Assembly (NCBI GenBank): GCA_036559785.1
Contig: DATBSM010000029.1
Coordinates: 1 to 51,683, forward strand
Source: Gemmatimonadales bacterium
Lineage (GTDB): Bacteria; Gemmatimonadota; Gemmatimonadetes; Gemmatimonadales; GWC2-71-9
DNA length: 51,683 nt
Direction: 5' to 3'
A program made the position numbers and the translations under genes. Positions 1 to 9,496 of this stretch are shown in pieces (position 1 is the first letter of the stretch; the number at the start of each line of letters is the position of its first letter). Under the pieces are notes generated by a model, which saw only the letters and a list, made by a program, of their open reading frames with translations, was not told the DNA's origin and made no database searches.

Positions 1-270
1 ACTGTAGAAGATGGCGACCTTACGGGTCATCTCCTGAATCGTAGAGCACTCGCGCGTCGCGGCTTCATCAAAAGCCCGGGTGATGATGAAGGTGATGTTC
101 CCGATCCGCTCGTACTTGGGGAGGTGCTCCGGATCGAGCGAATCCTCGACCGAGGTGGAGTGGAGCCCGTACTGCCGGGCGACGTTCGCCAGCTCTTCCT
201 TCGAGGGACTGACCACGTCCAGCCATATGAAGGGCGGGTCGTTGCTGTTGATGATAGTGCGAATGGTCAT
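1..270 (-). CDS. corA: CorA-family divalent cation channel, first 90 codons only (gene runs off the window start)
   Basis: Not in the ORF track because it reaches the window edge. The minus-strand ATG at 270-268 overlaps the larB stop (ATGA). It opens the frame [67 protein letters not shown]..., which resembles the CorA N-terminal cytoplasmic domain. Confidence 0.6.
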   Translation of the reverse strand, partial: MTIRTIINSNDPPFIWLDVVSPSKEELANVARQYGLHSTSVEDSLDPEHLPKYERIGNITFIITRAFDEAATRECSTIQEMTRKVAIFYS

Positions 271-1016
271 GTCAGGCAGATCCGGCTGGCCGCGGCGGCG
301 GCGCCAAACCCGTTATCGATGTTGACCACCGTCACCCCCGCTGCGCAGGAATTCAGCATCCCGAGAAGCGCCGCCAGTCCCCCGAACGACGCGCCATACC
401 CGATGCTGGTCGGCACCGCGATCACCGGGACGCTCACCATGCCGCCGACCACGCTCGGCAGGGCACCCTCCATGCCGGCGACGACGATCACGACTCGCGC
501 GTGCTGGATCTGCTCGGCCGCGGCCAGGAGGCGGTGGATCCCCGCCACGCCGACGTCGATCAAACGCTCCACCTGGTGGCCGAACGCCTCCGCCACGACC
601 GCGGCCTCCTCCGCAACAGGCAGGTCGCTGGTGCCGGCGGAGACGACGAGAATGGTACCGGTACGCACAGGCTTCGCCTCGGTTTGTGGCAGGTGCACCG
701 TGCGAGCCAGGGAATTCCAGACCATTCGCGGAAAGCGGGCCTTGAGGCGCGAGGCGAGCGCCTCGTTGGCACGGGTGCCCAGAAACGAGCCGTTGGCGGC
801 CTCCAGGCGCTCGCAGATGGCCACGACCTGGTCCGGGGTCTTCCCCTCGCAGAACACGACCTCGGGATGGCCCTGGCGCAACGCTCGGTGATGATCGATC
901 CGGGCAAACTGCAGATCTTCGAACGGAAGGTGGCGGAGCCGGTCGAGCGCTGCCCCGGGGGCAATGCGTCCGGCGGCGACCTCGGCGAGCAGAACCTCGA
1001 GCTGCTCGGCTGTCAC
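267..1016 (-). CDS. larB: LarB-type AIR-carboxylase-like protein (nickel-pincer cofactor biosynthesis, PurE-related)
   Basis: The C-terminal 249 aa of ORF 267..1340 contain [21 protein letters not shown] and [63 protein letters not shown]. The GTG at 1016-1014 overlaps the dus stop (GTGA). The upstream part of the ORF is Arg/Pro-rich junk. Confidence 0.85.
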   Translation of the reverse strand: MTAEQLEVLLAEVAAGRIAPGAALDRLRHLPFEDLQFARIDHHRALRQGHPEVVFCEGKTPDQVVAICERLEAANGSFLGTRANEALASRLKARFPRMVWNSLARTVHLPQTEAKPVRTGTILVVSAGTSDLPVAEEAAVVAEAFGHQVERLIDVGVAGIHRLLAAAEQIQHARVVIVVAGMEGALPSVVGGMVSVPVIAVPTSIGYGASFGGLAALLGMLNSCAAGVTVVNIDNGFGAAAAASRICLT

Positions 1017-1996
1017 GCCACCTGGGCAACCGGCTCGAGATACTCGAGAAAGATCGCCTCCGCCTCCGCGATCGATTCGATTTGGAAGAGGCGCTGCCGC
1101 AGCGCGCTCGAGCCGTGAAGCCCCCGGGTGTACCAGCCCAGGTGCTTCCGGAACTCCATCACCGTTTTCCGGGTATCGCCCTGAAGACGAAGAGCCAGCC
1201 GGGCGTGGTCCAGGGCCACGGTGAAGCGCTCGCCCGCGTCGGGAGAAGGGTGCACGGCGGTGCCACTCAACAGGGCGCGGCCGTCCCGGAACATCCACGG
1301 GTTGCCAAAGGCGCCCCGGCCGATCATGGCCCCGGCACACCCGGTATGCTTCTGCAGGCGCACGATGTCGGCGGCGGTCTCGAGGTCACCGTTACCGATG
1401 ACGGGAATGTCCAGGGCCTCTACCACGCGCGCGATCTCGTCCCAGTTCGCCTTGCCGGCAAACATCTGAGTGCGGGTCCGGGCGTGCAGGGTGAACGCCT
1501 TGGCCCCGGCGTCCTGCATTCGCAGGGCGATCGTGACCGGATCCCGTGAGTCCTCGCTCCACCCGCTTCGGGTCTTGACCGTCACCGGCAGGTGAGTGGC
1601 CCCAACGACAGCCCGAATGATTCGGTCCACCAGGTCCATGTCACGGAGGCACCCCGAGCCGCCATTTCGCTGCACCACCTTCTTCACCGGACAGCCGAAG
1701 TTGATGTCGATGAACTCGGGCTGGTAGTGCTCCGTGATCAGGGCGGCTGCCTCCGCCATCGCGTTCGGATCCGAGCCATAGATCTGGATTCCGATGGGAC
1801 GCTCGACCGGCTCGAACTCGGCACCCTCCAGCGTGGTCTTGATACGGCGCCGAATCGCCTCCGATGAGAGAAACTCGGATAGCACGACATCCGCACCCAT
1901 GCGCCGGCAGATCTGGCGGAAGGGCGCTTCCGACACTCCCGCCATCGGGGCAAGGATGAGCGGGAATGGATGCGCTGATAGATAGGGCAACTGCAT
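1013..1996 (-). CDS. dus: tRNA-dihydrouridine synthase
   Basis: Motifs LILAPMAGVSEAPFRQICRRMGADVVLSEF, IDINFGCPVKKV and a TIM-barrel FMN pattern. The ATG at 1996 gives a typical N-terminus (MQLPYLSAHPFPLILAPMAG). The ORF could extend to the GTG at 2020. Confidence 0.9.
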   Translation of the reverse strand: MQLPYLSAHPFPLILAPMAGVSEAPFRQICRRMGADVVLSEFLSSEAIRRRIKTTLEGAEFEPVERPIGIQIYGSDPNAMAEAAALITEHYQPEFIDINFGCPVKKVVQRNGGSGCLRDMDLVDRIIRAVVGATHLPVTVKTRSGWSEDSRDPVTIALRMQDAGAKAFTLHARTRTQMFAGKANWDEIARVVEALDIPVIGNGDLETAADIVRLQKHTGCAGAMIGRGAFGNPWMFRDGRALLSGTAVHPSPDAGERFTVALDHARLALRLQGDTRKTVMEFRKHLGWYTRGLHGSSALRQRLFQIESIAEAEAIFLEYLEPVAQVA

Positions 1997-2062
1997 GAGG
2001 ATAAAATACTTGGCCGCCACAGAGGTGGCAATGGAAGCGGGGTTGATGTAGCTTGTCGAGCC

Positions 2063-2515
2063 ATGCGACTCAAGGAGTTCCTCAGCCCCGACGCTATCTC
2101 GCTGTCGCTCCGTGGCGGCTCGAAGGACGAGATCCTGAATGAGCTGGTCGGTCTCCTGCGGACCGACGAGCGCTCGGCGAATATTCTAGTTCGGATCCTG
2201 CAGCGCCGCGAAAACCTCGGCTCCACAGGAATAGGCCGCGGGATTGCGATTCCTCACGGCCGGTCCCTGGTTGTGAGCCGGCTGAGACTCGCCTTTGGCC
2301 GCAAACCTGAGGGAGCCGATTTTCAGGCGATCGACGGGAAGCCGGTGTTCAGCTTTTTCCTCATCATGGCCCCACCGCTGGAAATCTCCAATCAATACCT
2401 GCCGGTGCTGGGCAAGATCGCGCAATTCGCCAAGGAGCCGGACGTGCCCGATCGTCTCGCGGGCGTCAAGTCGGCGGACGAGTTCTTTCGTCTGCTGGAG
2501 GAGAAGGGGGTTTAG
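2063..2515 (+). CDS. ptsN: PTS EIIA(Ntr)-like regulatory protein
   Basis: 150 aa. MRLKEFLSPDAISLSL...STGIGRGIAIPHGRS carries the phosphorylatable-His context of the EIIA type-2 domain. It is divergent from dus. Confidence 0.8.
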   Translation: MRLKEFLSPDAISLSLRGGSKDEILNELVGLLRTDERSANILVRILQRRENLGSTGIGRGIAIPHGRSLVVSRLRLAFGRKPEGADFQAIDGKPVFSFFLIMAPPLEISNQYLPVLGKIAQFAKEPDVPDRLAGVKSADEFFRLLEEKGV

Positions 2516-4075
2516 TCACTCCCACTCGATCGTGGCCGGCGGCTTCGAGCTCACATCGTACACCACCCGGTTGACTCCATCCACCTCGTTGGCAATGCGG
2601 TCCGACATCCGGGCCAACACGTCGGGCGGAAACGGGAACCAGTCGGCCGTCATCCCGTCCCGGCTGGTGACCGCCCGGAGGGCGACCACCTGATCATAGG
2701 TGCGGCCGTCGCCCTGCACACCGACCGAGCGGATGGGGAGCAGCACCGCGAACGCCTGCCAGATGTCGTCGTACAGCCCTGCCGCCCTGATCTCCTCGGT
2801 ATAGATATGATCCGCCCGCCGCAGGATCTCGAGATTCTCGGGGGTGACGTCGCCCAGAATGCGGATGGCGAGCCCGGGGCCAGGAAAGGGATGCCGTCCC
2901 ACCATCTCCTCGGGGAGGCCGAGCTCGCGCCCGACCTGACGCACCTCGTCCTTGAAGAGCTCCCGGAGCGGTTCGAGGAGCTTGAACGGCAACCGTTCGG
3001 GCAAACCGCCGACGTTGTGGTGGGTCTTGATCGTGACGGACGGTCCCCCCATCGGTGAAAGCGACTCAATGACATCGGGGTAGAGGGTGCCTTGCACCAG
3101 GAATCCCACGTCCTTCCCTACCGATTTCGCCTCGGCCTCGAAGACGTCGATGAAAGTGTGCCCGATTCGCCGGCGTTTCTCCTCGGGGTCGCTGATGCCG
3201 GCCAACCGCTCCAGAAAACGCGCGCGCGCGTCCACCACCCGGAGGTCAATCCCCAGGTGTCGGCGGAAGGTCTGTTCCACCTGCTCGCGCTCGTGCAGCC
3301 GCAGCAGACCGTGATCCACAAAGATGCAGGTGAGCCGGTCGCCTACCGCACGATGGACCAAGACGGCAGCAACTGACGAGTCCACCCCGCCCGAGAGGCC
3401 GCAGATCACGCGCGCCTTGGGCCCGACCATCTCCCTGATCCGGGCGACCTCGCTCTCGACGAAGTGTCCCGGTGTCCAGTCCGGCGTGCAGCCACAGACC
3501 TCAAAGAGGAAGTTGTTGAGGATCTCACCGCCCCGGGGCGTGTGGGCCACCTCGGGATGGAACTGCACCCCGAAGAGGGCGCGCTTGGTGTGTTCGATTG
3601 CCGCGATGGGTGAGTTCTTGCTCGACGCGGTCACTTTGTAGCCGGGCGGCGGCACATCCACGTGGTCGCCGTGGCTCATCCACACCGGGGTTTCCTCGCC
3701 GGCCCCGAAGCCACGGAACAACCGTCCCCCCTCGACCCGCACATTCGCGCGGCCGTACTCCCGGCGGCTGGCCCGGGTGACGTTGCCCCCGGACAGGTGG
3801 GCCATCAGCTGCATGCCGTAGCAGAGGCCGAGCACTGGAGTGTTCAGGTCAAGCAGCTTTGGGTCGGCGGTCGGCACGTTCTCGCCGTACACCGAATTGG
3901 GTCCACCGGACAGAATGATCCCCCTGGGCTTCCAGTCCCGGATCCAGTCCACGGTCCGGGTGGGCGGGTGGATCTCGCAGTACACGTGCGCCTCTCGTAC
4001 CCGGCGGGCGATCAGCTGGGTGTATTGGGAGCCGAAGTCGATGATCAGGATGCCGTCGTGATGGTTTGTGGTCAG
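2516..4075 (-). CDS. guaA: GMP synthase (glutamine-hydrolysing)
   Basis: [21 protein letters not shown], the GATase Cys context (LGLCYGMQL), the ATP-PPase motif SGGVDSSV, and a C-terminal ATIEWE. Start uncertain. The CTG at 4075-4073 overlaps the lysA stop (CTGA) and gives a normal-length N-terminus. The nearest canonical starts are the GTGs at 4138 and 4135. Confidence 0.93.
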   Translation of the reverse strand: MTTNHHDGILIIDFGSQYTQLIARRVREAHVYCEIHPPTRTVDWIRDWKPRGIILSGGPNSVYGENVPTADPKLLDLNTPVLGLCYGMQLMAHLSGGNVTRASRREYGRANVRVEGGRLFRGFGAGEETPVWMSHGDHVDVPPPGYKVTASSKNSPIAAIEHTKRALFGVQFHPEVAHTPRGGEILNNFLFEVCGCTPDWTPGHFVESEVARIREMVGPKARVICGLSGGVDSSVAAVLVHRAVGDRLTCIFVDHGLLRLHEREQVEQTFRRHLGIDLRVVDARARFLERLAGISDPEEKRRRIGHTFIDVFEAEAKSVGKDVGFLVQGTLYPDVIESLSPMGGPSVTIKTHHNVGGLPERLPFKLLEPLRELFKDEVRQVGRELGLPEEMVGRHPFPGPGLAIRILGDVTPENLEILRRADHIYTEEIRAAGLYDDIWQAFAVLLPIRSVGVQGDGRTYDQVVALRAVTSRDGMTADWFPFPPDVLARMSDRIANEVDGVNRVVYDVSSKPPATIEWE

Positions 4076-5379
4076 GGTGACAGCCTTTCGGAACGATACA
4101 GGTCCTCGACTGTTTCCCGGGGTCTCGCCACCCACCACTTTCCAGCATCCACGATGACCTCCGGCGGCCGCGGGCGGCTGTTGTAGTTGGAGGCCATGAC
4201 GAAGCCGTAGGCGCCCGCGCCCAGAATCGCCAGCGCGTCGCCCGCCTCGAGCCCGGGAAGGGTTCGGTCGAGCGCCAGGAAGTCGCCGGTCTCGCACACC
4301 GGCCCGACGACGTCCACCCGGGCAGAGGGCCGCTCCTGCTCCACCAGCTCCACGATCTCGTGGTATGCCTGGTAGTGGCTGGGCCGGACGAGGTCGTTCA
4401 TGCCGGCATCCACGACTACAAACTCTTTTCCACCCGAGTGCTTGCGATAGAGCACCCGAGTGAGGAGCACACCGGCGCTGCCCACAAGAAATCGACCCGG
4501 CTCCAGGTAGATCGTGAGGCCGGTAGGGGCGAGCAGCGGCACCACCGCTTTGGCAAACTCGGTCGGATCCACTGGCCGCTCATCGGAATAGCGGATGCCG
4601 AGACCACCGCCGACATCGAGGACGCGGAGAGTGCCGACACCGGCTCGTCGCAATTTCTCGACCAGATCGATCAGGCGGCCGATTCCCTGGCGGAATGGCT
4701 CCGCGTCGAAGAGTTGGCTACCCAGGTGCATGGCCAGCGTGGTGAGCTCCAGCCGCGGATGGGCGAGGATATACTCGGCGGCCGGGAGGACCTGATCGGT
4801 GGGCACACCGAACTTGATTCCGCTCTTGCCGGTGGAGATGTAGGGGTGGGTCTCGGTGGTGACATCGGGATTGACCCGGACGCCTACTCGGACCTGAGCC
4901 TCCTCCGCGTCGGCAACACGGCCAACCAGCTCCAGCTCTTCCCGGGACTCGACGTTGAGGTGCCCCACCCCAGTGCGAATGGCGGAGCGAAGCTCCTCAG
5001 CGGTCTTCCCCACCCCACTGAAGACGATCTGCTCGGGGGCGAACCCTGCCGCCAGTGCGCGTGCCAGCTCACCGGAGGAGACGATGTCCGCCCCCGCACC
5101 CAGCTCTCTCAGGAGCCGGAGGATCGCGAGGTTGCTGTTGGCCTTGACGGCAAAGCAGATCCGATGCGGCAGCGATCCCAGGGCCGCATCCAGCGAGCGA
5201 TAGCGGCCGCGGATCGCCTCGGCGTTGTAGACGTAGGCCGGTGTACCAACCTGCTTCCCTATCTCAGTGAGCGACACATCGCCCAAATAAAGCGCGTCGC
5301 CTCGCCGAGCCAGTCCAGCATCCGCAAACAGGAGTTCCGTCGGCGAGACTGTCCCGCTGTCCCGCTGCCCCGCTGCCAC
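4072..5379 (-). CDS. lysA: diaminopimelate decarboxylase
   Basis: [24 protein letters not shown] (PLP Lys), GGGLGI, and CETGD near the C-terminus. The GTG at 5379-5377 lies 2 nt after the proS stop. The ORF-track start at 5433 would overlap proS. Confidence 0.93.
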   Translation of the reverse strand: MAAGQRDSGTVSPTELLFADAGLARRGDALYLGDVSLTEIGKQVGTPAYVYNAEAIRGRYRSLDAALGSLPHRICFAVKANSNLAILRLLRELGAGADIVSSGELARALAAGFAPEQIVFSGVGKTAEELRSAIRTGVGHLNVESREELELVGRVADAEEAQVRVGVRVNPDVTTETHPYISTGKSGIKFGVPTDQVLPAAEYILAHPRLELTTLAMHLGSQLFDAEPFRQGIGRLIDLVEKLRRAGVGTLRVLDVGGGLGIRYSDERPVDPTEFAKAVVPLLAPTGLTIYLEPGRFLVGSAGVLLTRVLYRKHSGGKEFVVVDAGMNDLVRPSHYQAYHEIVELVEQERPSARVDVVGPVCETGDFLALDRTLPGLEAGDALAILGAGAYGFVMASNYNSRPRPPEVIVDAGKWWVARPRETVEDLYRSERLSP

Positions 5380-5382
5380 GCC
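5351..5382. repeat. Four tandem 8-mers (GTCCCGCT GTCCCGCT GCCCCGCT GCCACGCC) at the proS stop / lysA start junction
   Basis: Read directly from the sequence. Bases 5361-5376 (cccgctgccccgctgc) are identical to 29121-29136 in the rpsI-rpsB spacer. Confidence 0.85.
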
Positions 5383-6830
5383 TAGTACGCCTTCGCCCAC
5401 ACGGCCTCGACCACGCTGGGCTGGCCGCACCACATGCAGTGGGTCGGCGCCACGGGTGAACGGAATTCCGGGTCGGGCAGGACCCGAATCGTGGCCTTGG
5501 TTTTTTCTTTAATCTCCATTTCACAAACGCCCCGGCCACAGAAACCGCCGTAGACGAAGCCACCCTCGTTCTCCATCCTGGCGATGAACTGATCCTTGGT
5601 GGCTCCCCGCAGACTCGCTGCCTCGCGTCGGGCGAGCGCCGCGGCCAGCAGATCCGCCTGAAACTGGTCTATGACGGCAGTAAGCCTGGCCGGAAGCCCG
5701 TCCATCGGCAGAGGCTCCTTCTTGCCGCCGGTGCGCCGGGCCAGCATGACCGACTTCGAGGCTACATCGCGCGGCCCCACCTCCAGGCGGAGGGGGACGC
5801 CGCGGCCCTCCCACTCGTAATATTTTGCGCCCGGCTTGATTCCCTCGCGGGAATCCACGTGCACCCGTATTCCGACTGCCGCCAGCTGTTGGCGCACCCG
5901 TTGCGACGCCTCGAGCACGGTGGAGCGTTCCTCGTCGTTCTTGTAAATCGGAACGATCACCACCTGGTACTGGGCCAGCCTCGGCGGACACACCAACCCG
6001 AGATCATCGCTGTGGGTCATGATCAGCGCGCCCACCAACCTGGTGGAGACGCCCCATGAGGTGTTCCACACGTGGTCCAGTCCTCCGGCCGCGGTCTGGA
6101 AGGTCACCTCGAACGCCCGGGCAAAGTTCTGGCCAAGATTGTGACTGGTACCGGCTTGCAGGGCCTTGTTGTCCTGCATCAACGCTTCGCAGCTGTAGGT
6201 CCGAAGCGCACCGGCGAATCGCTCGCTGTCGGTCTTGAGCCCGGTGAGCACCGGCATCGCCATCCACTCTTCCATAAACGTCCGGTAGACCCCGAGCATC
6301 CGCCGCGCCTCCTCCTCCGCCTCGGCCTCAGTGGCGTGGGCGGTATGTCCCTCCTGCCAGAGGAATTCGGTAGTGCGCAGGAAGAGTCGGGTACGCATCT
6401 CCCAGCGGACCACATTGGCCCACTGGTTGATCAGGAGCGGAAGATCCCGGTAGCTCTGGATCCACTTGGCATACATCGCGTATATGATCGTCTCGGAGGT
6501 CGGCCGGATGATCAGCGGCTCCTCCAGCTCCTTGCCGCCGCCGTGGGTCACCACGGCCACCTCGGGGGCAAACCCTTCGACGTGCTCCGCCTCTCGCGCC
6601 ATGAAGCTTTGCGGGATGAAGAGCGGGAAATAGGCGTTCTGGTGTCCGGTGTCCTTGAACATCTGGTCCAGGGCGCGCTGCATCTGCTCCCAGATGGCAT
6701 AGCCGTTGGGCCGGATGACCATGCACCCCCGGACCGGGCTGTAGTCGGCGAGCTCGGCCCGGGCGATGATCTCGTTGTACCACGCGCTGAAGTCGGCGGC
6801 GCGGGTGGTGAGTGCCTTGGTATCAGCCAT
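5382..6830 (-). CDS. proS: prolyl-tRNA synthetase (archaeal/eukaryote-like architecture, no INS domain)
   Basis: 482 aa. FSAWYNEIIARAELADYSPVRGCMVIRPNGYAIWE, class II motifs, and a C-terminal Cys cluster ending ...WAKAY. Confidence 0.97.
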   Translation of the reverse strand: MADTKALTTRAADFSAWYNEIIARAELADYSPVRGCMVIRPNGYAIWEQMQRALDQMFKDTGHQNAYFPLFIPQSFMAREAEHVEGFAPEVAVVTHGGGKELEEPLIIRPTSETIIYAMYAKWIQSYRDLPLLINQWANVVRWEMRTRLFLRTTEFLWQEGHTAHATEAEAEEEARRMLGVYRTFMEEWMAMPVLTGLKTDSERFAGALRTYSCEALMQDNKALQAGTSHNLGQNFARAFEVTFQTAAGGLDHVWNTSWGVSTRLVGALIMTHSDDLGLVCPPRLAQYQVVIVPIYKNDEERSTVLEASQRVRQQLAAVGIRVHVDSREGIKPGAKYYEWEGRGVPLRLEVGPRDVASKSVMLARRTGGKKEPLPMDGLPARLTAVIDQFQADLLAAALARREAASLRGATKDQFIARMENEGGFVYGGFCGRGVCEMEIKEKTKATIRVLPDPEFRSPVAPTHCMWCGQPSVVEAVWAKAY

Positions 6831-8115
6831 TGATGCGGGCCTTGATGGTGTTCACGACCGATTGCAAAGAGACCGACTCCTGAGACCCGCTGCGTAAGTC
6901 CTTAACCATGATTTGGTCACGCTTCCGTTCGTCCGGCCCGACCACCACCGCGAGGCGTGCGTTCCGCGAGTCGGCCAGCTTAAGCTGCTTGCCCACGACC
7001 TGGGAGCTCAAGGCGTACTCGACCCTGAGGCCGGCGTCCCGAAGCTGGTGGGCCAGGGCCAAGACATGCGGCAGGTCTTCTTGAGTAATGAAGGCTAGAA
7101 ACACGTCGATACTGGAGGTCTCGGCCGGAAGCAGGCCCCTGTCCTTGAGCAGCTCACCCAGTACCACGTCACCCATACCAAATCCGACCGCGGGCATCTG
7201 AACGCCACCGAGCGCGTCGAGCAGGTTATCGTAGCGTCCGCCACCGCAGATGGCACGCAGGGTACGTCCCGCGTCGAACAGCTCGAAGACGATTCCGGTG
7301 TAGTAGGCCAGCCCTCGGACGATCGTGAGGTCAATCTCGATGAAATCGCCCAGACCCATCGCCACTAGAGCTTGATAGGCTTCGCGCAAGGGATCAGCCA
7401 CCTTGGACAGCTCGCCGAGCTCCTTGTCTAGCTGGTCCCACCCTCGAATTTGTGAAACCTCCCAGAGGTCTTCGATAGTGGCTGGCGCAAAAACTTCCGG
7501 TTTGAAGTCGTATTTATCGAGCTGGGCTTTTCGTACGCGTTCGACCTTGTCAATGTACTCGAACGCCTTTCCCATTCCCGACGCCGGCACGCCTCGACCC
7601 TCGAGGATCGACGTCAGCACCCGCCGGTCGGAGAGTCTGACCCTCACGTCGTTGGGCCCCAAGCCAAACGCCCGCATCACGTCGATCGCGAGTGCAATGA
7701 TCTCGGCGTCGGCGAGGGGACCCGGCTCCCCGATCAAGTCGCAGTTGAGCTGGAAGTGCTCTCGAAGCCTCCCCCGTTGCTGCCGCTCGTAGCGAAACAG
7801 CTGAGGGATGGAGAACCATCGGATAGGCTTCCGGAGCTGGCCGGCCTGGGCCGCTACCATGCGGGCGAGCGTCGGCGTCATCTCCGGCCGGAGCGCCACC
7901 GGGCGATCCCCCTTATCGGTGAAGTTATACAACTGACCGACGATCTCGTCCCCACTCTTGGCGGTGTAGAGATCCAGCGGCTCCAGCGGAGGTCCGTCGT
8001 ACTCCTCGAACCCATATCGGGTGGCCACCGTACGCCAGGTTCGGAAAATGTGGGCACGGAGGGCGAGATCGGCGGGGTAAAAATCACGAAAGCCCGGCAG
8101 GGCCTTGGTTTTCAT
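6823..8115 (-). CDS. hisS: histidyl-tRNA synthetase
   Basis: 430 aa. ALPGFRDFYPADLALR, LRPEMTPTLARMV, RYERQQRGRLREHFQLN, GGGRYDNL. Overlaps the proS start by 8 nt. Confidence 0.97.
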   Translation of the reverse strand: MKTKALPGFRDFYPADLALRAHIFRTWRTVATRYGFEEYDGPPLEPLDLYTAKSGDEIVGQLYNFTDKGDRPVALRPEMTPTLARMVAAQAGQLRKPIRWFSIPQLFRYERQQRGRLREHFQLNCDLIGEPGPLADAEIIALAIDVMRAFGLGPNDVRVRLSDRRVLTSILEGRGVPASGMGKAFEYIDKVERVRKAQLDKYDFKPEVFAPATIEDLWEVSQIRGWDQLDKELGELSKVADPLREAYQALVAMGLGDFIEIDLTIVRGLAYYTGIVFELFDAGRTLRAICGGGRYDNLLDALGGVQMPAVGFGMGDVVLGELLKDRGLLPAETSSIDVFLAFITQEDLPHVLALAHQLRDAGLRVEYALSSQVVGKQLKLADSRNARLAVVVGPDERKRDQIMVKDLRSGSQESVSLQSVVNTIKARING

Positions 8116-8154
8116 GGGGGGAGTATAAGGGGAGAAGGCGTGGGCGGGAAGGAA

Positions 8155-9405
8155 TTACACCTCCATCCCCAGCACAGACATGACGTCTCCCACCGTATGG
8201 AAGGACCCGGTGACGAGCACCGTCCCTGCGCCTTTCTGTACTTTATCGATCGCCTCGGTGAACTCTGGAATCAGCGTCCATTCCGCGTGCGCGGGCGGCC
8301 GCTTTGGGTCCTTGAGCCAGCGGCGGAGCCACTCGATGTCCCAGCCCCGTCCGGCCGCCGTGGGGGCGATCGTCAACACGCCACGATCGATCACCTGGTC
8401 CAGCTGCACCAGCATCTCGGGCCACTCCTTGTCGCCCAGAATCGATACCAGCGCATGTAGAGGCCGCTTCGGCTGGGTGGAACCCAGCGCTCTCACCAGC
8501 GACCGCATCCCATCCGGGTTGTGCGCCACGTCGAAGAGCCAGCGGCCTCTCTGGTCGAGCCGCCCGGCGACCCGGGCCAGGCCGAAGGCCCGCTCGATCT
8601 GGGCCGCCGTGGGCCGGTAGGGCACGGGCAAAGCCATCAGAATGCCATGGGCCACCGCCGCGTTGCGCCGCTGATGCGGCCCCACCAGGCTGAGCGGGCC
8701 ACGCCACTCGTAGTCCGGTGGCAGCACCCGGATGTCCGCTGCGGCCCGCCCGTCCGCCCGTCCGCCCGTTCGCCGGACCGCACGTCTGGCCTCGCGGCGC
8801 AGGACCCCCACCAGCTCAGGGTCGGTCTCGCCGATCACGAACGGCACGCCGGCCTTGGCAATACCGGCTTTCTCGCAGGCGATCAGCTCCAGGGTGTCAC
8901 CCAGATACTTCATGTGATCCCGCGCGATCTTGGTCACCCCGCTCGCCAGGGGCCGCACCACATTGGTGCTGTCGAGGCGCCCACCCAGCCCCACCTCCAC
9001 CACCGCCACCTCTACGCCCCGGGCGGCAAAATCGGCGAACGCGAGCGCGGTCGTGGCCTCGAAAAAGGTCGCCTTGTGCTCCAGGATGGTCGAAAGAACC
9101 AGGGAGGTCCACATCGCCACCGCTTCTTCAGAGATGGGCACACCGTCCACCTGAATGCGCTCGCGGAACGAGATCAGATGGGGTGAGGTGTACAGCCCCA
9201 CCCGCCAGCCGGCCTCTCTGAGCGCCGCCGCCACCAGGGTCGAGACGCTTCCCTTGCCGTTGGTGCCGCCGATATGCACCGATGGCATGACCTCGTGCGG
9301 GTTGCCGAGGGTCTTGAGCAGCGCACGCGTCGTCGTCAGCCCGAACTTGATCGTCGTAGTCCGGGGGAAGAGGAACTCCAACGACTGGGCGTAGGTCAGC
9401 GACAT
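8155..9405 (-). CDS. folC: bifunctional folylpolyglutamate synthase / dihydrofolate synthase
   Basis: P-loop HIGGTNGKGSVS, a Mur-ligase fold, and LVTGSFHTVGDV at the C-terminus. accD-folC adjacency as in E. coli. ATG at 9405, with a TTG at 9408 also possible. Confidence 0.92.
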   Translation of the reverse strand: MSLTYAQSLEFLFPRTTTIKFGLTTTRALLKTLGNPHEVMPSVHIGGTNGKGSVSTLVAAALREAGWRVGLYTSPHLISFRERIQVDGVPISEEAVAMWTSLVLSTILEHKATFFEATTALAFADFAARGVEVAVVEVGLGGRLDSTNVVRPLASGVTKIARDHMKYLGDTLELIACEKAGIAKAGVPFVIGETDPELVGVLRREARRAVRRTGGRADGRAAADIRVLPPDYEWRGPLSLVGPHQRRNAAVAHGILMALPVPYRPTAAQIERAFGLARVAGRLDQRGRWLFDVAHNPDGMRSLVRALGSTQPKRPLHALVSILGDKEWPEMLVQLDQVIDRGVLTIAPTAAGRGWDIEWLRRWLKDPKRPPAHAEWTLIPEFTEAIDKVQKGAGTVLVTGSFHTVGDVMSVLGMEV

Positions 9406-9438
9406 CAAGTGCTCGCGAGAGAGTGCGTGGGGGAACGA

Positions 9439-9475
9439 CGACGCCCCACCCGATGAGGCCGTGGGTGGGGCGTCG
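9439..9475 (-). terminator. 13-bp perfect GC-rich hairpin downstream of accD (terminator-like)
   Basis: CGACGCCCCACCC (9439-9451) and GGGTGGGGCGTCG (9463-9475) are exact reverse complements with an 11-nt loop, 22 nt after the accD stop. The trailing tract on the minus RNA is only weakly U-rich (UCGUUCC). Confidence 0.45.
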
Positions 9476-9496
9476 AAACCGCTAATTCGCTCGACC

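Noticed and set aside
8116-8154. The pyrimidine-rich tract (minus strand TTCCTTCCCGCCCACGCCTTCTCCCCTTATACTCCCCCC) before the hisS ATG as the 3' arm of another array hairpin
   Set aside because: No convincing purine-rich partner exists in the folC 3' end (GGGGATGGAGG pairs only partially). It is noted only as another SD-less, C/T-rich initiation region.
9427-9475. Possible attenuator. GTGGGG (9427-9432) can pair with CCCCAC (9444-9449) as an alternative to the 13-bp hairpin.
   Set aside because: The alternative helix is only 6 bp against 13 bp. There is no leader peptide or ligand-binding motif. I treat it as chance complementarity of a G/C-rich motif.
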